This document shows positions 1 to 12,606 of a DNA stretch of 64,000 bases, piece by piece; the stretch's first letter is position 1; each line of letters opens with the position of its first letter. The stretch covers positions 66,349,351 to 66,413,350 of the forward strand of contig NC_057718.1 of NCBI RefSeq assembly GCF_004010195.1, read 5' to 3'. A program made the translations under genes and the position numbers. Under the pieces are notes generated by a model. It made no database searches, had not been told where the DNA came from, and saw nothing but the letters and a program-made list of their open reading frames with translations. Source of the stretch: Chiloscyllium plagiosum. Taxonomy: Eukaryota.

Positions 1-77
1 TCCACAGTGCAAAACCGAGTGCTGAAAGTAGGCAGTTTCTCTGTGTGGTTTCCAACAAATATATTATAAAAAAACAT

Positions 78-570
78 GTCTTGCCCATCCTTGATTGCCC
101 TTGAGAAGGGGGTGACTAGCTGTCTTGAACCACTGCAGTCTATTTTGTGAGTGCATCCACAATGCTGTTAATGAGGGAGTTACAGAAAACAAATACTGGA
201 GATAACAGCGGGTCAAGCAGAATCTATGGAGAGAGAGCAAACTAACATTTAACATCTATATGACCCTCTGTTGAAGCTGAAGTGGAGTTACAGGCAGAGG
301 CAGCAAGAATGAAAGCAAGTTGAGGCAGCAAGAATGAAAAATGTGATATTTCCAGGTCATAATGGTGAGTGGTTTGGAGGGGAGCTTGCAACTGGAGGTG
401 TTCCAAGTATCTGCTGCCCTTGTCTTTTTAGGTGGCAATGATTGTGAAAGTTTGGAAAGTGCTGCTTAAGGAATTTTGAAGAATTTCTGCAGTGCACCTT
501 GTAGATGGTATACTCTGCTGGTGTTGAGCATTAATGGTGGATGGGGTGAATGTTTTGTGGATCAGTGCCA
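78..570 (-). mobile_element. 3' fragment of a CR1/L2-group LINE (family B), apparently interrupted at about 181-290 by an old Penelope-like terminal fragment
   Basis: minus strand reads ...KTRAADTWNTSSCKLPSKPLTIMTWKY; ttgcccatccttgattgccc matches the tail of the SINE-B copies. Confidence 0.55.
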
Positions 571-656
571 GATTTGTTTGTTTGTTTTGTTTTTGCTTCC
601 ACTGATTTAAGAAATTTGGGTAACTTGTGGTGGTGGGAGTTGGGTAAGTAAGAAGT

Positions 657-1700
657 AAAAGCCCGTGGGATCCAGGATAAATTGGCAAGTTGGATCCAAA
701 TCGGTTTAGTCCCCCCAGGAGATAGAAGGATGTTTGCGCAACTAGATGCTGTTGCGCAGTGATGTACTACAGGAATCAGTGCTGGATCCCTTATTGTTCA
801 TGATATGTCTCTAAATGATTAGAAGGAAACACTGGGGTGGGGAGGGGAGATGATAAAGTAAGTTTGTGGATGACAGGTTAGCTGAGTGGATAAGTGATAA
901 AGAAGGCCTTTGGTTACAGTTTGGGCAGATCAGTGGTCAATGGAAATTTACCCTGATAAGCATGAGGTGATGCAATCTGGAAGCAGAAAGAAGACAAGGG
1001 AGTACTTGGTGAATTGCGGGATTTGGGGTGCTTGTCCACCGATCCCTGAAGGTGGCAAGACAGGTTATTCAGGTAGTTAAGGCATACAGGATGCTTACCT
1101 TTTTCAGTCGTGACATAGATTATAAGAGGAGAGAGGATATCCTTGAGCTATGCAGGTCTTTGTTTAGGGCATAGCTAGAGTATTGTATACGGTTCTGGTC
1201 AACACACTATAGGAAGGATGTGATTGCACTGGAGGGGGTGTGGTGGAGGTTCACCCGGATGTTGCCTGGGATGGAGCAGTTTATGATGGGAGCTGGATAG
1301 GCTAGGGTTATTTTCCTTAAAGCAGAGAAGACTGCAAAGGAGATTTGATAGAGGTGTATAAGATGATGTGGGTTATCAATTGGGTGGATAGAAAGCTGCT
1401 GTTCCCCTTAGTTGAAGGAACATTAACAAAAGGGCATAATTTTAAGTTGAAAGCCAGGAGATATTTCTCTCGCGGGTGGTAGAAATCTGGAATGCACTGC
1501 TTGGGAGGGTAACCAAGAGAGAAAACCTCACCACCTTCAGAAAGTACTTTGATAAGCACTTGAAAATCCATAATGTTCAAGGCTATGGGTCAAGTGTTGG
1601 AAAATGGGACTACTGTAGTTTTAGAGTACTGTAGTTTTTATTGTAAGTGCAGACTTGATAGGCTGAAAGGTGGCTTCTATACTGTATGATTTAATGATTT
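657..1700 (+). mobile_element. decayed CR1 LINE, RT and 3' end
   Basis: GSVLDPLLFMI (about 772), KFVDD (about 860), EYCIRFWSTHYRKDVIALEG (about 1178); many stops and frameshifts. Confidence 0.85.
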
Positions 1701-2094
1701 CAAACCAGTACCTAATGCAGGAAAATTCAAGGTTGTCTGACTATCACTCATTATTTAGGCAGTGCATGATTGTCAGTACCTGCCATCAGTCTAAATGATT
1801 TATATTCCTGATCAATCCTATAGAAATACATTCACATAACTGGAAGTTTCTTGGATTCAGTATTAATTCGGTCAATTGTCATAAATCTCTTCAAATCCAC
1901 GTACTGAAAATTTTTCACCAATTATCAGTTACTGCAGTTTTGAAGACAGCATTTCCTTGCATGTTTCTGCAACTGGCTTTCATTCCTCCAAACTGTTGAG
2001 TCAGCAATGCAATAAATATTCAGTACTATTATAAGTGTCCTCCAGTTGGTCCTTGAAATAAGATTTTGTAAAAGCTTGAATATAAGTTCCCTTT

Positions 2095-2678
2095 TAGAGT
2101 CATAGAGTCAGACATGTACAGCACAGAAACAGACTCTTCAGTCCAACTCGTCCATGCCGACCAGATATCCCAACCCAACCTAGTCCCACCTGCCAGCACC
2201 TGGCCCATATCCCTCCAAACCCTTCCTATTCATATACCCATCCAGATGCCTTTAAATGTTGCAAATGTACCAGCCTCCACCACTTCATCTGGCAGCTCAT
2301 TCCATACATGTACCACCCTCTGTGTGAAAAATGTTGCCCCTTAGGTCTCTTTTATTTCTTTCCCCTCTCACCCTAAATCTATGCCCTCTAATTCTGGACT
2401 CCCCCACCCCAGGGAAAAGACTTTGTCTTTTATCCTATCCATGCCCCTCATGATTTTATAAACCTCTATAAGGTCACCCCTCAGCCTCCGACGCTCCAGG
2501 GAAAACAGTCCTAGCCTATTCAACCTCTCCCTATAGCTCAAATCCTCCAACCCTGGCAGCATCTTTGTAAATCTTTTCTGAACACTTTAAAATTTCACAA
2601 CATCTTTCCGATAGGAAAGAGACCAGAATTGCACGCAATATTCTAACAGTGGCCTAACCAACGTCTGTACAGCCGCAA
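2095..2678 (-). mobile_element. young CR1 (HER1-like) LINE 3' end
   Basis: ORF 2368..2562 MLPGLEDLSYRERLNRLGLFSLERRRLRGDLIEVYKIMRG; repeat tail tagagtcatagagtca; closely similar to 11953-12606 and, inverted, to 47599-48481. Confidence 0.92.
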
Positions 2679-3022
2679 AAGTTTCCACGTTTTCCAATTT
2701 AAAGAAGATCAGCATAACTTCATGGTTGAAATAAGATTAAACAGTTAGTTATTAAATAGATTTTACTTGTTATTGAAGTAAAATATAAAGTTTTTTAACT
2801 GAACATAGAAACAAAAATTTTGGACATTGTTGTAATGAACAGAGACAAAACTTCATGAATCCTGGCTCAATAGTAACATTTAGCATTTAAATTGGTCTGA
2901 CAATATTTGAAAGGTGATCATATTTGGGTTGAGTCTTTGACGGGAGACCGTTTGATCATCACTGCTGTACATGCTAAAAGTTGTTTAAAATTAATAATGC
3001 TCCCATTTCATTCATCCAGCAT

Positions 3023-4054
3023 AAGGAAAAAGTGAGGATTGCAAATGCTGGAGATCAGAGTCAAAGTGTGGCATTGAAAATGCGCAGGTCGGGCAGCATC
3101 CAAGGAGCAGGAGAATCGAGGTTTTGGGCATAACCCTTCATCAGGATTGTGTGGGAGGCTGTGGGGTGTATGGGGGTTGAGAGAGAAATAGGATGGTGGG
3201 GTTGGGGGCAATTTGGCTGGGAAGGTGATAGATGCAGGTGGGAGGTGATGGTGATAGGTTGGAGCAGATAGGTGGGAAGGAAGATTGACAAGTAGGACAG
3301 TTCAAGAGGGAGAGTTGGAGGGTTGGATCTGGGGGGAGGGGAGATGAGGAAAGTGGTGAATTCCGTGTAGTTGAAGGGTACCAAGGTGGAAAATGGAGAT
3401 GTTCTTTCTCCAGACATCAGGTGGCTTAGATTTGACAGTGGAGGTGGTCCAGGACTTGCCTGCCCCTGGCAGAGTGGAGGGGTGGAGTTGAAGTGGTCTG
3501 CCACTGCGCAGTGGAGTTGTTTGGTGCATGTGTCTCAGAGATGTCCCCTGAAACGTTCCACAAGTTGGTGTCCTGTCTCCCCAGTGTAGAGGAGACCTCA
3601 ACGAGAGCAATGGTCACAGATGAGGTGTTTGGATGTGCAGAAAAATCTCTATCAGATGTGGAAGGATCCTTTAGGACCTTGGATGGAGGTGAGAAGGGAG
3701 GTGTGAACGCAGGCATTATGCCCCTTGCAGTGGCAAGGGAAGGTGCTGGGAGTGGAGGGTGGGTTGGTGGGGGTGCATCGACCTATTGAGGGAATCGTGG
3801 AGGGAATGGTCTCTGTAAAATGCTGATCGGGGTGGGGAGGGAAATATATCTCTGGTGGTGGGGTCTGATTGTAGGTGGCAGGAATTGTGGAGAATAATTC
3901 TGATATAGCACATAATCCTCCATCATTTCTGACATTACAATTACATCCCCCCCCAGAAACTCCTGATGAAGAGCTTATGCCCAGCATCTCAATTCTCATG
4001 CTCCTCTGATGCTGCCTGACCTGCTGTGTTTTTCCAATGCAACACATTTTGACT
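3023..4054 (-). mobile_element. 5'-truncated Penelope-like element (family 1, GIY-YIG end) with an inverted terminal repeat
   Basis: minus-strand frames give LQSDPTTRDIFPSPPRSAFYRDHSLHDSL, TFPCHCKGHNACVHTSLLTSIQGPKGSF and a GIY-YIG remnant; about 3059-3146 is the diverged reverse complement of about 3960-4054. Confidence 0.85.
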
Positions 4055-4333
4055 AGCATTTGTATAATTCAGGTGTTCCAAATATAATCAATTTTCTCCC
4101 CTAAGGTTATTTTGAACTTGGGCTATCTACTAGACAAGGTAACAGATTGTAACTTATTTTATGTAGCCAGTATTTTAATTTTCTTTTTGAAAGAAATATT
4201 CAATAAACTTCTGGTGTCTTGAATTTCTTCATTTATTCATGTGGAGAAGTTTTGAAATTCCATGTCTGAATTGTTATCTTCAGATAGCTAACAAAGTTCC
4301 TGTTATCAGCTCAGCTTTTTTCTTAATCACGGT

Positions 4334-4630
4334 GGGCAGCACAGTGGCACAGTGGTTAGCACTGCTGCCTCACAGCGCCAGAGATCCGAGTTCAATTCCC
4401 ACCTGACTGTGTGGAGTTTGCACGTTCTCCCCGTGTCTGCGTGGGTTTCCTCCGGGTGCTCCGGTTTCCTCCCACAGTCCAAAGATGTGCAGGTCAGCTG
4501 AATTGGCCATGCTAAATTGCCCGTAATGTTAGGTGAAGGGGTAAGTGTAGGGGTATGGGTGGGTTGCCCCTTGGTGGGTTGGTGTGGACTTGTTGGGCCA
4601 AAGGGCCTGTTTCCACACTGTAATGTAATC
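4334..4630 (+). mobile_element. HE1-type tRNA-derived V-SINE
   Basis: A box tggcacagtggtt, B box gagttcaattccc, V-core tgtgtggagtttgcacgttctccccgtgtctgcgtggg, CR1-like tail; TSD-like taatcacggt (4324) / taatcactgt (4631). Confidence 0.93.
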
Positions 4631-5898
4631 TAATCACTGTAAATGACATCACTGCAGGCATTGGTCATCCCAAAGATTGTTGAGTTCTAAGCCTTCCATG
4701 ACGTTTAAGAGGCAACACTTGCTCAAAACCACTCTCAACTGAATCAGGGTTGGATCCGTTGCCTCCTTGTTGCTCAAAAGTGGGAAAAATTGTGCTTCAG
4801 AGTGGAGCTGCCCCATCTGTTGTTTAAATGGTTGCAATTAAATCCAACTCTTACAACCTGTCTATAATACCTGCTGTGCAATGATCATTACACGGTTATC
4901 CTTGAGGTGTGACATTCAATGACAACCTGAGGTCTGGCATATGTTTCTGAGACAGGCTTTTGCAACAATCTGCTACTAAACCAGTCTTTGGTCAACCTTC
5001 GTTGATACAAACGTTTGCATATTCATGGATGATTGCAACTCATGAACTTGATATTATTGAGAGAATTTATTTGTCTGAAGGTAACATGGCAGCATCTTTA
5101 TCCTGACTCCATAAGTATGAAATTAAAAAGTTCATTTTCAGCCCAACTGACAATGAAAAAATCTTTTTAACACCTATGGCTTGACTAAATGGAGAGTCAA
5201 ATATGAGATGCATCAGTTCTGTTTTGGTGATGTGGGAGGTGCTATTTGTTGCTTTCAGAGCCTTTGATGTGACCTGCTACACTCCATTCTTTTCAAAAGT
5301 GCATCACGTGTGAATATGTCATACATTTGCTTGAAGAGATACCACCATATTGAAGATGTTTTAAAGCAGTTCTTAATGTCAGAATCTTTTCTGATTCTAA
5401 AGGACTTTGAAACAACTTTCTACAATGTTGACGGTGCACTAGTACAGTGGTGAATATATTGTTGCTTGAACTGCAAGTGCTGAACCTTTCTTCAGTACTC
5501 GAGAGCCTTGGCATGCCTGCCTTCGTGTTTAGTGAAAGTCTAACATTTGCCTCATTAACAATGAATTCTCATGCTGCTACTTTGTTGCAGTAGATTTCAG
5601 TAATTCCCATGATAAGTTTGAATGCTATTTAACTTGATATTTTCATGCTAATGGTTAACATTTTAATTTTGTCAGTCAAAATATTCCATCTTGAGAGTCA
5701 CATGCTACCTTTGCTCAGTTTAAATGTGTGGGATCCAGTCAGTCAGTAAAGTAGGGTGGGCGTGAAATCTAAAGGCATTTCCTTCCATTTTACACACATT
5801 TAATTTTAGAATTTATTTTACTTTATTACTTTGAAAACAGTAAGTTTTTACAAAAAAACTTTGTTATTTCTTTGTGTTCTGACCATATTAATCATTTC

Positions 5899-8800
5899 TA
5901 TAGAATCATAGAAACATTACAGCACAGAAAGAGGCCATTCAGCCCATTGGGAATGTGTCAGACAAATAAGCTAGCCACCCATTCAAATGCCACTTTCCGA
6001 GCATAGAGTCTGTAACCTTGCAAACTATAGCACCTCATGAGCAGATCCAGATTACTTTTTAAATGAGTTGAATATTTCAGTCTCAACTACCAAAAGGGGC
6101 AGACACTTGATGCTCTCGGTGAATAAGACCATATGACATAAGAAGTAGGAACAGAAGTAGGCCGTTCTGCCCATCAAGTCTGTTGTGTTATTCAATGAGT
6201 TCATGGCTGATTTGACAATGCTCAACTCCACTTTCTTGCCTTTTCTCCATCATTTCTCAATAACCCTGATCCCTTTACTGATTGATTTGTCTATTTCAGC
6301 CTTGAGTATATTTAACAATCCAACCTTGTAATCTCCCTGCGGCAAAGAAATTCACAGAATCTTTTACTCTCAGAAGAAACTATTCCTTATTTGTCTAAAA
6401 GGTATCCCTTCACTCTGGCATTATGTCCTGTGATCCTAAACTCTCCCAAAAGGAAACAACTTGTCTACATCTACCCCTTCAAACCCCTGAAGAATCTATT
6501 TCAATAAGGTCTTCAGTCATTCCTCTAAACTCCAGTGAATACATGCCCAACCTACTCAACTTCTCCACATAAGAAAATGCTTTCCTACCCAGGATAAACT
6601 TGGTGAACCTTTTCTGGACTGCCTGCAATCAATTATATCTCCCTTCAGGTAAGGGGACTAACTTGTGCCCTGAACTGTTTTCATAAGACCTTCCTATTGT
6701 TATCTTCTATTTCCTTTGACATAAATGATAACATTCAATTTGTCTTCTCTGTTATCTGCTAAACTTTAGATACTAGCTTTTTATGATTTAAAAATGAGCA
6801 CTCTAAAGTCCCCCTCTGCAGCTTTCTACGTCTTTCTCGACTTAAATAATATTCAGCCCCTCTAATCTTATTATCGAAATGCATAACTTCACAGTTCCCT
6901 ACATTAGATTACATTTGCCATATTTCATGCCCTCCTATTTAACCTGTCTATATACCTCTTAAAATCTTTCAGTCATCTTCACCACATGCCTTCCTACCTA
7001 TTTGTAATATCTCCAAGTCATCAATATATATCATGAACGATTGTATCCCCAGCACTGATCCTGTGCCACTCCACTAGTTTCAGGTTTTCATCCTGAAAAT
7101 GCACCCCCCTCCCAATAGCAACTCCATTTTCTATTATTCAGTGTATTTTTAAGTTTTGCAAGTGATATCTTAACAAATACCTTTTGAAAAGCCAAATATA
7201 TTGCATCTATTGATTATCCTTTGCTTGTTATCTCAAATAATTCTGATTAATTTCTTAGGCATGATTTCACTTTCAGCAGTGCTTACTCTGAATATATTGT
7301 GTTTCTAAATGCTCTGGTATTATGTCCTACTCTAACATTTTTCCAATGGTACATGTTAAGCTGGTTGGCCTATAGTTTTATATCTTTTTTTTTTAATTAC
7401 CTTTTTTCTCTTTTTGAATAAGGGTGTTACATTTGGCAATTGTCCAATCACTGGGATTTCTTGAGAATCAGGATTCTTGGAAAATGACTGTCAGTGCATT
7501 CATAATCCCTGTAGTTACTTTCTTTAATACCTTAAGATGCAACCTGTCATGTCCAGGGTATGCATTAATGTTTAGCCTTATTAGTTTTCTTTAGGTTTTT
7601 TTTGCCTGTGATAGTTACTGTATTTATTTCCTCTTCATCTTTTACCCCTTAATTTAGTGGTTTTGGTGTCCTCTGCTTTCAAGAGGAATGTGAAATATTT
7701 ATGCACTACTTGGCTATATTTACATTATTATTTCCCCAGCCTCATTCAGTATGGGATCTATATTTACTTAGGACTCTTAATTTTGATATATTTAAAGGAT
7801 GTCTTTTGTCCATTCTTCTGTTAATAGCTTGTTTGCACTCAGTTTATTTTCTTCCTCTTTCTTTGTCATCTTTAGCTTTTAAGACTCTTACAGTCCTCTG
7901 GTGTACTTTTTGTCACGTCAAGTATTTTTTTAAAAATTGACACTATCCTTAACTTTACTGGTGAACTCCCTTCCTGAATCCTCCTTCCTTACTGGGATAT
8001 ATCACTGCCATGTCACATAAGGTATTTTCTTAAATGTCTTCCATTGTTCATTCACTGCATTTTCTGTTAAACTTATTTCCCAGTCCACTCCAGATGTCTC
8101 TCCCCTCATTAATTTGTAGTTACCCTTATTGGAGTTTAGCTTGTTTGTTTCTGAGACTGGTTTCTCACTCTGAAACTGAATGCTAAATTCTGTCAAGTAA
8201 CTGTCACTATACACGATTACATCTTTTACTCTGATACCATTTTTTAAACCTAGTTAAGTACACATTGCCAAATCCAAACTGGGGTCCCATTCTATTTGGA
8301 TCCACATCATTTTGTTCTAGGGAGCTTGCCTGAATACAGTCTTCATAAATTCTTCCTTATAGATGCCTCTGCCATTTTGATTCTTCCCAATTTTACATGA
8401 AGATCAAAATCACCCATGATTAATATACAGCCTTTTGGATATGCCTTCATATGTGGCTCAGTGGTTAGCACTGCTGTCTCACAGTGCCAGGGACCTGGGT
8501 TCAATTCCTGCCTTGGGCGACTGTCTGTGTTGAGTTTGCTTATTCTCCCTGTGTCTGCGTGGGTTTCCCTTTGGGTGCTCCAGTTTCCTCCCACAATCCA
8601 AAGATGTGCAGGTCAGGTGAATTAGCCATGCTAAATTGCCCATGGTGTTAGATGCATTAGTAAATATAGTGCTGGGGAATGGGCCTGGGTGGGTTGCTCT
8701 TCAGAGGGTTGGTGTGGACTTGTTGGGCCAAAGGGCCTGTTTCCATAATGTAGGGAATCTAATGTAATCTAATCTAATCTCCTGATTTATTTTCTGTCTA

Positions 8801-9130
8801 ATAGAATGATCAGTTTAAGGGGCCTATAGCCTACTGCCACAAATGTTGTCTTCCCCATGTTATTTCTTACCTCCACACATATGGATTTGATAGCTTCTGA
8901 TGGAAACTCATTTCTTGCTGTCACATTTATTCTTGTACTAATAAACTACACCAGCACCCTTTCCTCCTTGCTTGCCCTTTCAAAAAGTCACATTTTGAAT
9001 GTTTACATTTCAGCTTTGATTACTTTGGAAATGTGTCTCTGTAATGTCTATAGGATCACATATTTAATGTCTATTGGCATAGTTAATTCATTCATTGTTT
9101 CGAATACTATGTGCATTTAAGTAAAAAGCT
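5899..9130 (-). mobile_element. old CR1 LINE remnants (short 3' end at 5899-6120, then about 3 kb of ORF2), interrupted by a SINE
   Basis: two CR1-type 3' tails (tagaatcatagaaac; ccatatgacataagaag); minus-strand peptides ILIMGDFDLH, VDWEISL..NAVNEQWKTFK. Confidence 0.75.
8453..8780 (+). mobile_element. HE1-type V-SINE nested in the old CR1
   Basis: gtggctcagtggttagcactgctg head, V-core, (taatc)n tail. Confidence 0.93.
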
Positions 9131-9234
9131 ATTAATTCTGCAATTTTACCTTTTTTTTTACATCTTGGACTTTATTTGCTGCTTTTATTTACATTTATAA
9201 TCTGTCCCACCCTGGGTGCCATTACATAAATACC

Positions 9235-11125
9235 CTTTCTCCAGAATCATCCTCCCTCTATAAAGTCCTTGCCAACTGGGTCAGGTCTGCTCTGAGATTG
9301 GTGATTCACCCCAACCAAGCCTGTGCTGTACCGAGGAAGGCAATCTCCGAGCCCCTTGCTCGGATACGGTCAACTACGTGCAGAATGGGTGTAGATGCCT
9401 GCCTCATTAGTCTAGACTAGAGGAGAAGGCCTTTGACATGTGGGACATGCTGTCCAAAATGAGCTTTGGAAAGGAAATTCACAACTGGATCTGACTGCTG
9501 TACACTAACATTGTTGGAGCAGCCCAGTGTTGGATGGAAATTGAGCTGCGGTCAGGTAGGGCTGCCCACCCTGTCCTACATTGTCTGCGTGTTGTATATA
9601 GCCTTTTGCTGAGGCCATCAGGAAGGATGCAAACCTGAGAGAAGTGACTATTCCAGGCAGTATAGACCTGCAGGTCAAAGCCTCCCTTTACATGAACAAT
9701 ATCTCTGTTTTTTGCTATGATCAGTTGTCGGTGCGCAGACTGTCTCAGAAGCCAAGGTAAACTGGGAATTGGGCTAACTGATCCTTTATCCCCTTCACTG
9801 TCAGGACAGATATTTAAAGGTGCTGGGAATATGGTTTGGAAGGGCTAGGACGTGTGCAAAATCTTAAGAAGAGTATATTGCCAAGGTGAAGCAAAAACTG
9901 GTCTTTTGGGAGCACTGCATACTCTCCATGGTGGGTAAAAACCTGGTCATCAGGTGTGAGGTGCACTCTCTGTTGTATGTGGTGCAGGTCTGGCCCATTT
10001 CCTGAAGCTACATTGCTGCAGTCACCTGAGCTATCTTCCACTTCATCTGGTAGTATAAGATGGACAGTGTCTGCAGGGACACCATGTACAAAACTCTGGA
10101 TAAGAATGTACCAAACCTCACTTGATGACCACCTTTTGTGTGTGGCCACATCAAGCTGTGCATAGACCCTCTATACCAAATGTCACTACCTGTCTTCAAT
10201 GTTACAAAGGATGGGACTGGCCTTGTTGCTGCGGACTGTTCCGTATCCCCTGTCCTTTGTGGATAAATTTGCAAAGAGAAACACCTTTGTCTACAAGTGG
10301 TCAGCATGTAGCAGCCTCAGGAACCTGAGGGAAAAGGAGAGGGTAGATCTGTCACATGGTTGCCTGAGCTGACTGTCAGTCATTTGGCAGAATGTCCCAT
10401 CACAAGAACATTCCAACAAGCACCAAGACATCACTTGGCTGGTGGTGAGAAGGGCAATACCTGTGAGATTCCTTGTATAAACCTGGTTGGTCTGTGCTAC
10501 CGCACACTGCCCTTGAAGCAGCTGCAAGGTTGGGGCGGGAGGAAGCATTCAAACTTGCACATTTCCTTATGGAATGTGTCTTTACAAAGGAAGTCTGGAG
10601 AAAAGTGCAGTGGTTTTTATTGAGGTTTGTCATGAGTATCTGTGTGATGCAGGACTCTGCTCCACAGTCTGGTCCCCAGGATGCACACAGAGACAAACAT
10701 GACTGTGCCTGGAAGACCATCAACTCAGTGAAAGATGCTTTTGGTCTGCTTGAAACTTTTTTGGCCTTCCAGAATAAGGAGTTGACCCTGACGGAGTATT
10801 GCAGGCTGGCACATTCCAAAGACCAGGACTATGTACTGAGGAATGCACTAAGGCTTGGGGCTACTGCCACCAATGTGCAGTGGGGAAAGACCACCATCTG
10901 AGGTCTTTCCACTGAAGTTAAATGGGGGGTCTGTTTGGTTATCAGACCCTCCTTATACCACAAAAGCATGTAAATTATAGTCTTGTATGTATAAGAGATG
11001 CCTTTGGTTTGTTTGGATAGAGTCAAATGCCAATGTTTTCTTTTTCCCTGATATGCTACTGTACCGAACCAACTTATATTTATGACCATGTGTATATATA
11101 AAAATATACTTTATTCATAAATACT
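9235..11125 (+). mobile_element. decayed Tx1/L1-clade LINE, RT plus C-terminal Cys/His region and 3'UTR
   Basis: KVLANWVRSALRLVIHPNQACAVP, LISLD*..EKAFD, VR*GCP, LYMNN (YxDD site), HFLMECVFTKEVWRKVQWFL (ORF 10473..10901). Confidence 0.85.
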
Positions 11126-11136
11126 TTTGAAATAAT

Positions 11137-11320
11137 TTTTTTATTCACTCATGAGATTTGGGCTTTTCCTGGCTAAGGCAGCATTTGTTGCCCATCTCTA
11201 AATGACTAGAGAACAGTTCAGAATCTAACATATTGCTGTAGGTCTGGAATCACACATAAGCATGACCAGATGAAGATGGCAGTTCTCTTCCCTAAAGAAC
11301 ATTAGTTAACTGGATAGGTA
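11137..11320 (-). mobile_element. SINE family B, 3' part
   Basis: reverse complement matches actaatgtcctttagggaagg...gggcaataaatgctggcc...tgaataa seen at 45716-46172. Confidence 0.7.
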
Positions 11321-11952
11321 GAAATTTAGAATTGAATCAAAAGAATAGAAATTAGTCAAGAATATCATTAATATTACAACATTGTGCTTTTTCACTCCTT
11401 CCTCAAGAAAGGTATAAAACTCATCACTGTGCCATTTGCTTGAACTACACTACTAAACTGGAAACTGTAAGCCTAAGGAGCTTATCAAACAGTGCTCTGG
11501 TTTGGTTGTACCTCAAATACACTTTTGAGTTGCAAAGGCATTGATCTACAAGCAATCTTAATGTCTCTTTTAAGGTATAGAGTTGTGCAGCAATGCAGCA
11601 ATCTGCAGTGTATCTCAATGCAGTGAATAAATTGAGGACAGCTGGAGTTCCCTTCAATACACATGTGCTTTGCTGAGGAGAAACCTTATGAGGGATTTCA
11701 CAGTGCAACAAACAGACCACACAAAACAAAAATTACAGGGAACATTGAACTGAAAGCAATCCAGTATTTAAGGCAGATTACAGAAACTTGAGTTTTTCAG
11801 CCTGTAATGAAGGCATTTAATAGATGATCTTGGATGTGCTGATAAGAGGGAAGGGCTTAGAAAAGGTGAATCCAGGATATTTAACTTCGAAAATAATACT
11901 ACAAGGTAATGTTTGTACTAATAGTTAAAAAGTCTCGACAGCATAATATGAA

Positions 11953-12606
11953 TAGAGTCAGAGAGATGTACAGCATGGAAACAGACTCGTCGGTCCAACC
12001 CGTCCATGCTGACCAGATATCCCAACCCAGTCTAGTCCCACCTGCCAGCACCCGGCCCATATCCCTGCAAACCTTTCCTGTTCATATACCCATACAAATG
12101 CCTCTTAAATGTTGCAATTGTACCAGCCTCCACCACTTCCTCTGGCAGCTCATTCCATACACGTACCACCCTCCTGTGTGAAAAAGTTGCCTCTTAGGTC
12201 TCTTTTATATCTTTCCCCTCTCACCCTAAACCTATGCCCTCTAGTTCTGGACTACCCGGCCTCAGGGAAAAATTTTTGTCTATTTACCCTATCCATGCCC
12301 CTCAATTTTGTAAACCTCTATAAGGTCACCCCTCAGCCTCTGACGCTCCAGGGAAAACAGCCCCAACCTGTTCAGCCTCTCCCTTTAACTCAAATCCTCT
12401 AACCCTGGCAACATCCTAATAAATCTTTTCTGAATCCTTTCAAGTTTCACAACATCTTTCCAATAGGAAGGAGACCAGAATTGCATGCAATATTCCAACA
12501 GTGGCCTAACCAAAGTACTGTACAGCCACAACATGACCTCCCAACTCCTGTACTCAATACTCTGACTAATAAAAGAAAGCATACCAAACGCTGTCTTCAC
12601 TATCCT
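11953..12606 (-). mobile_element. young CR1 (HER1-like) 3' end
   Basis: ORF 12385..12627 AFGMLSFISQSIEYRSWEVMLWLYSTLVRPLLEYCMQFWSPSY. Confidence 0.92.
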
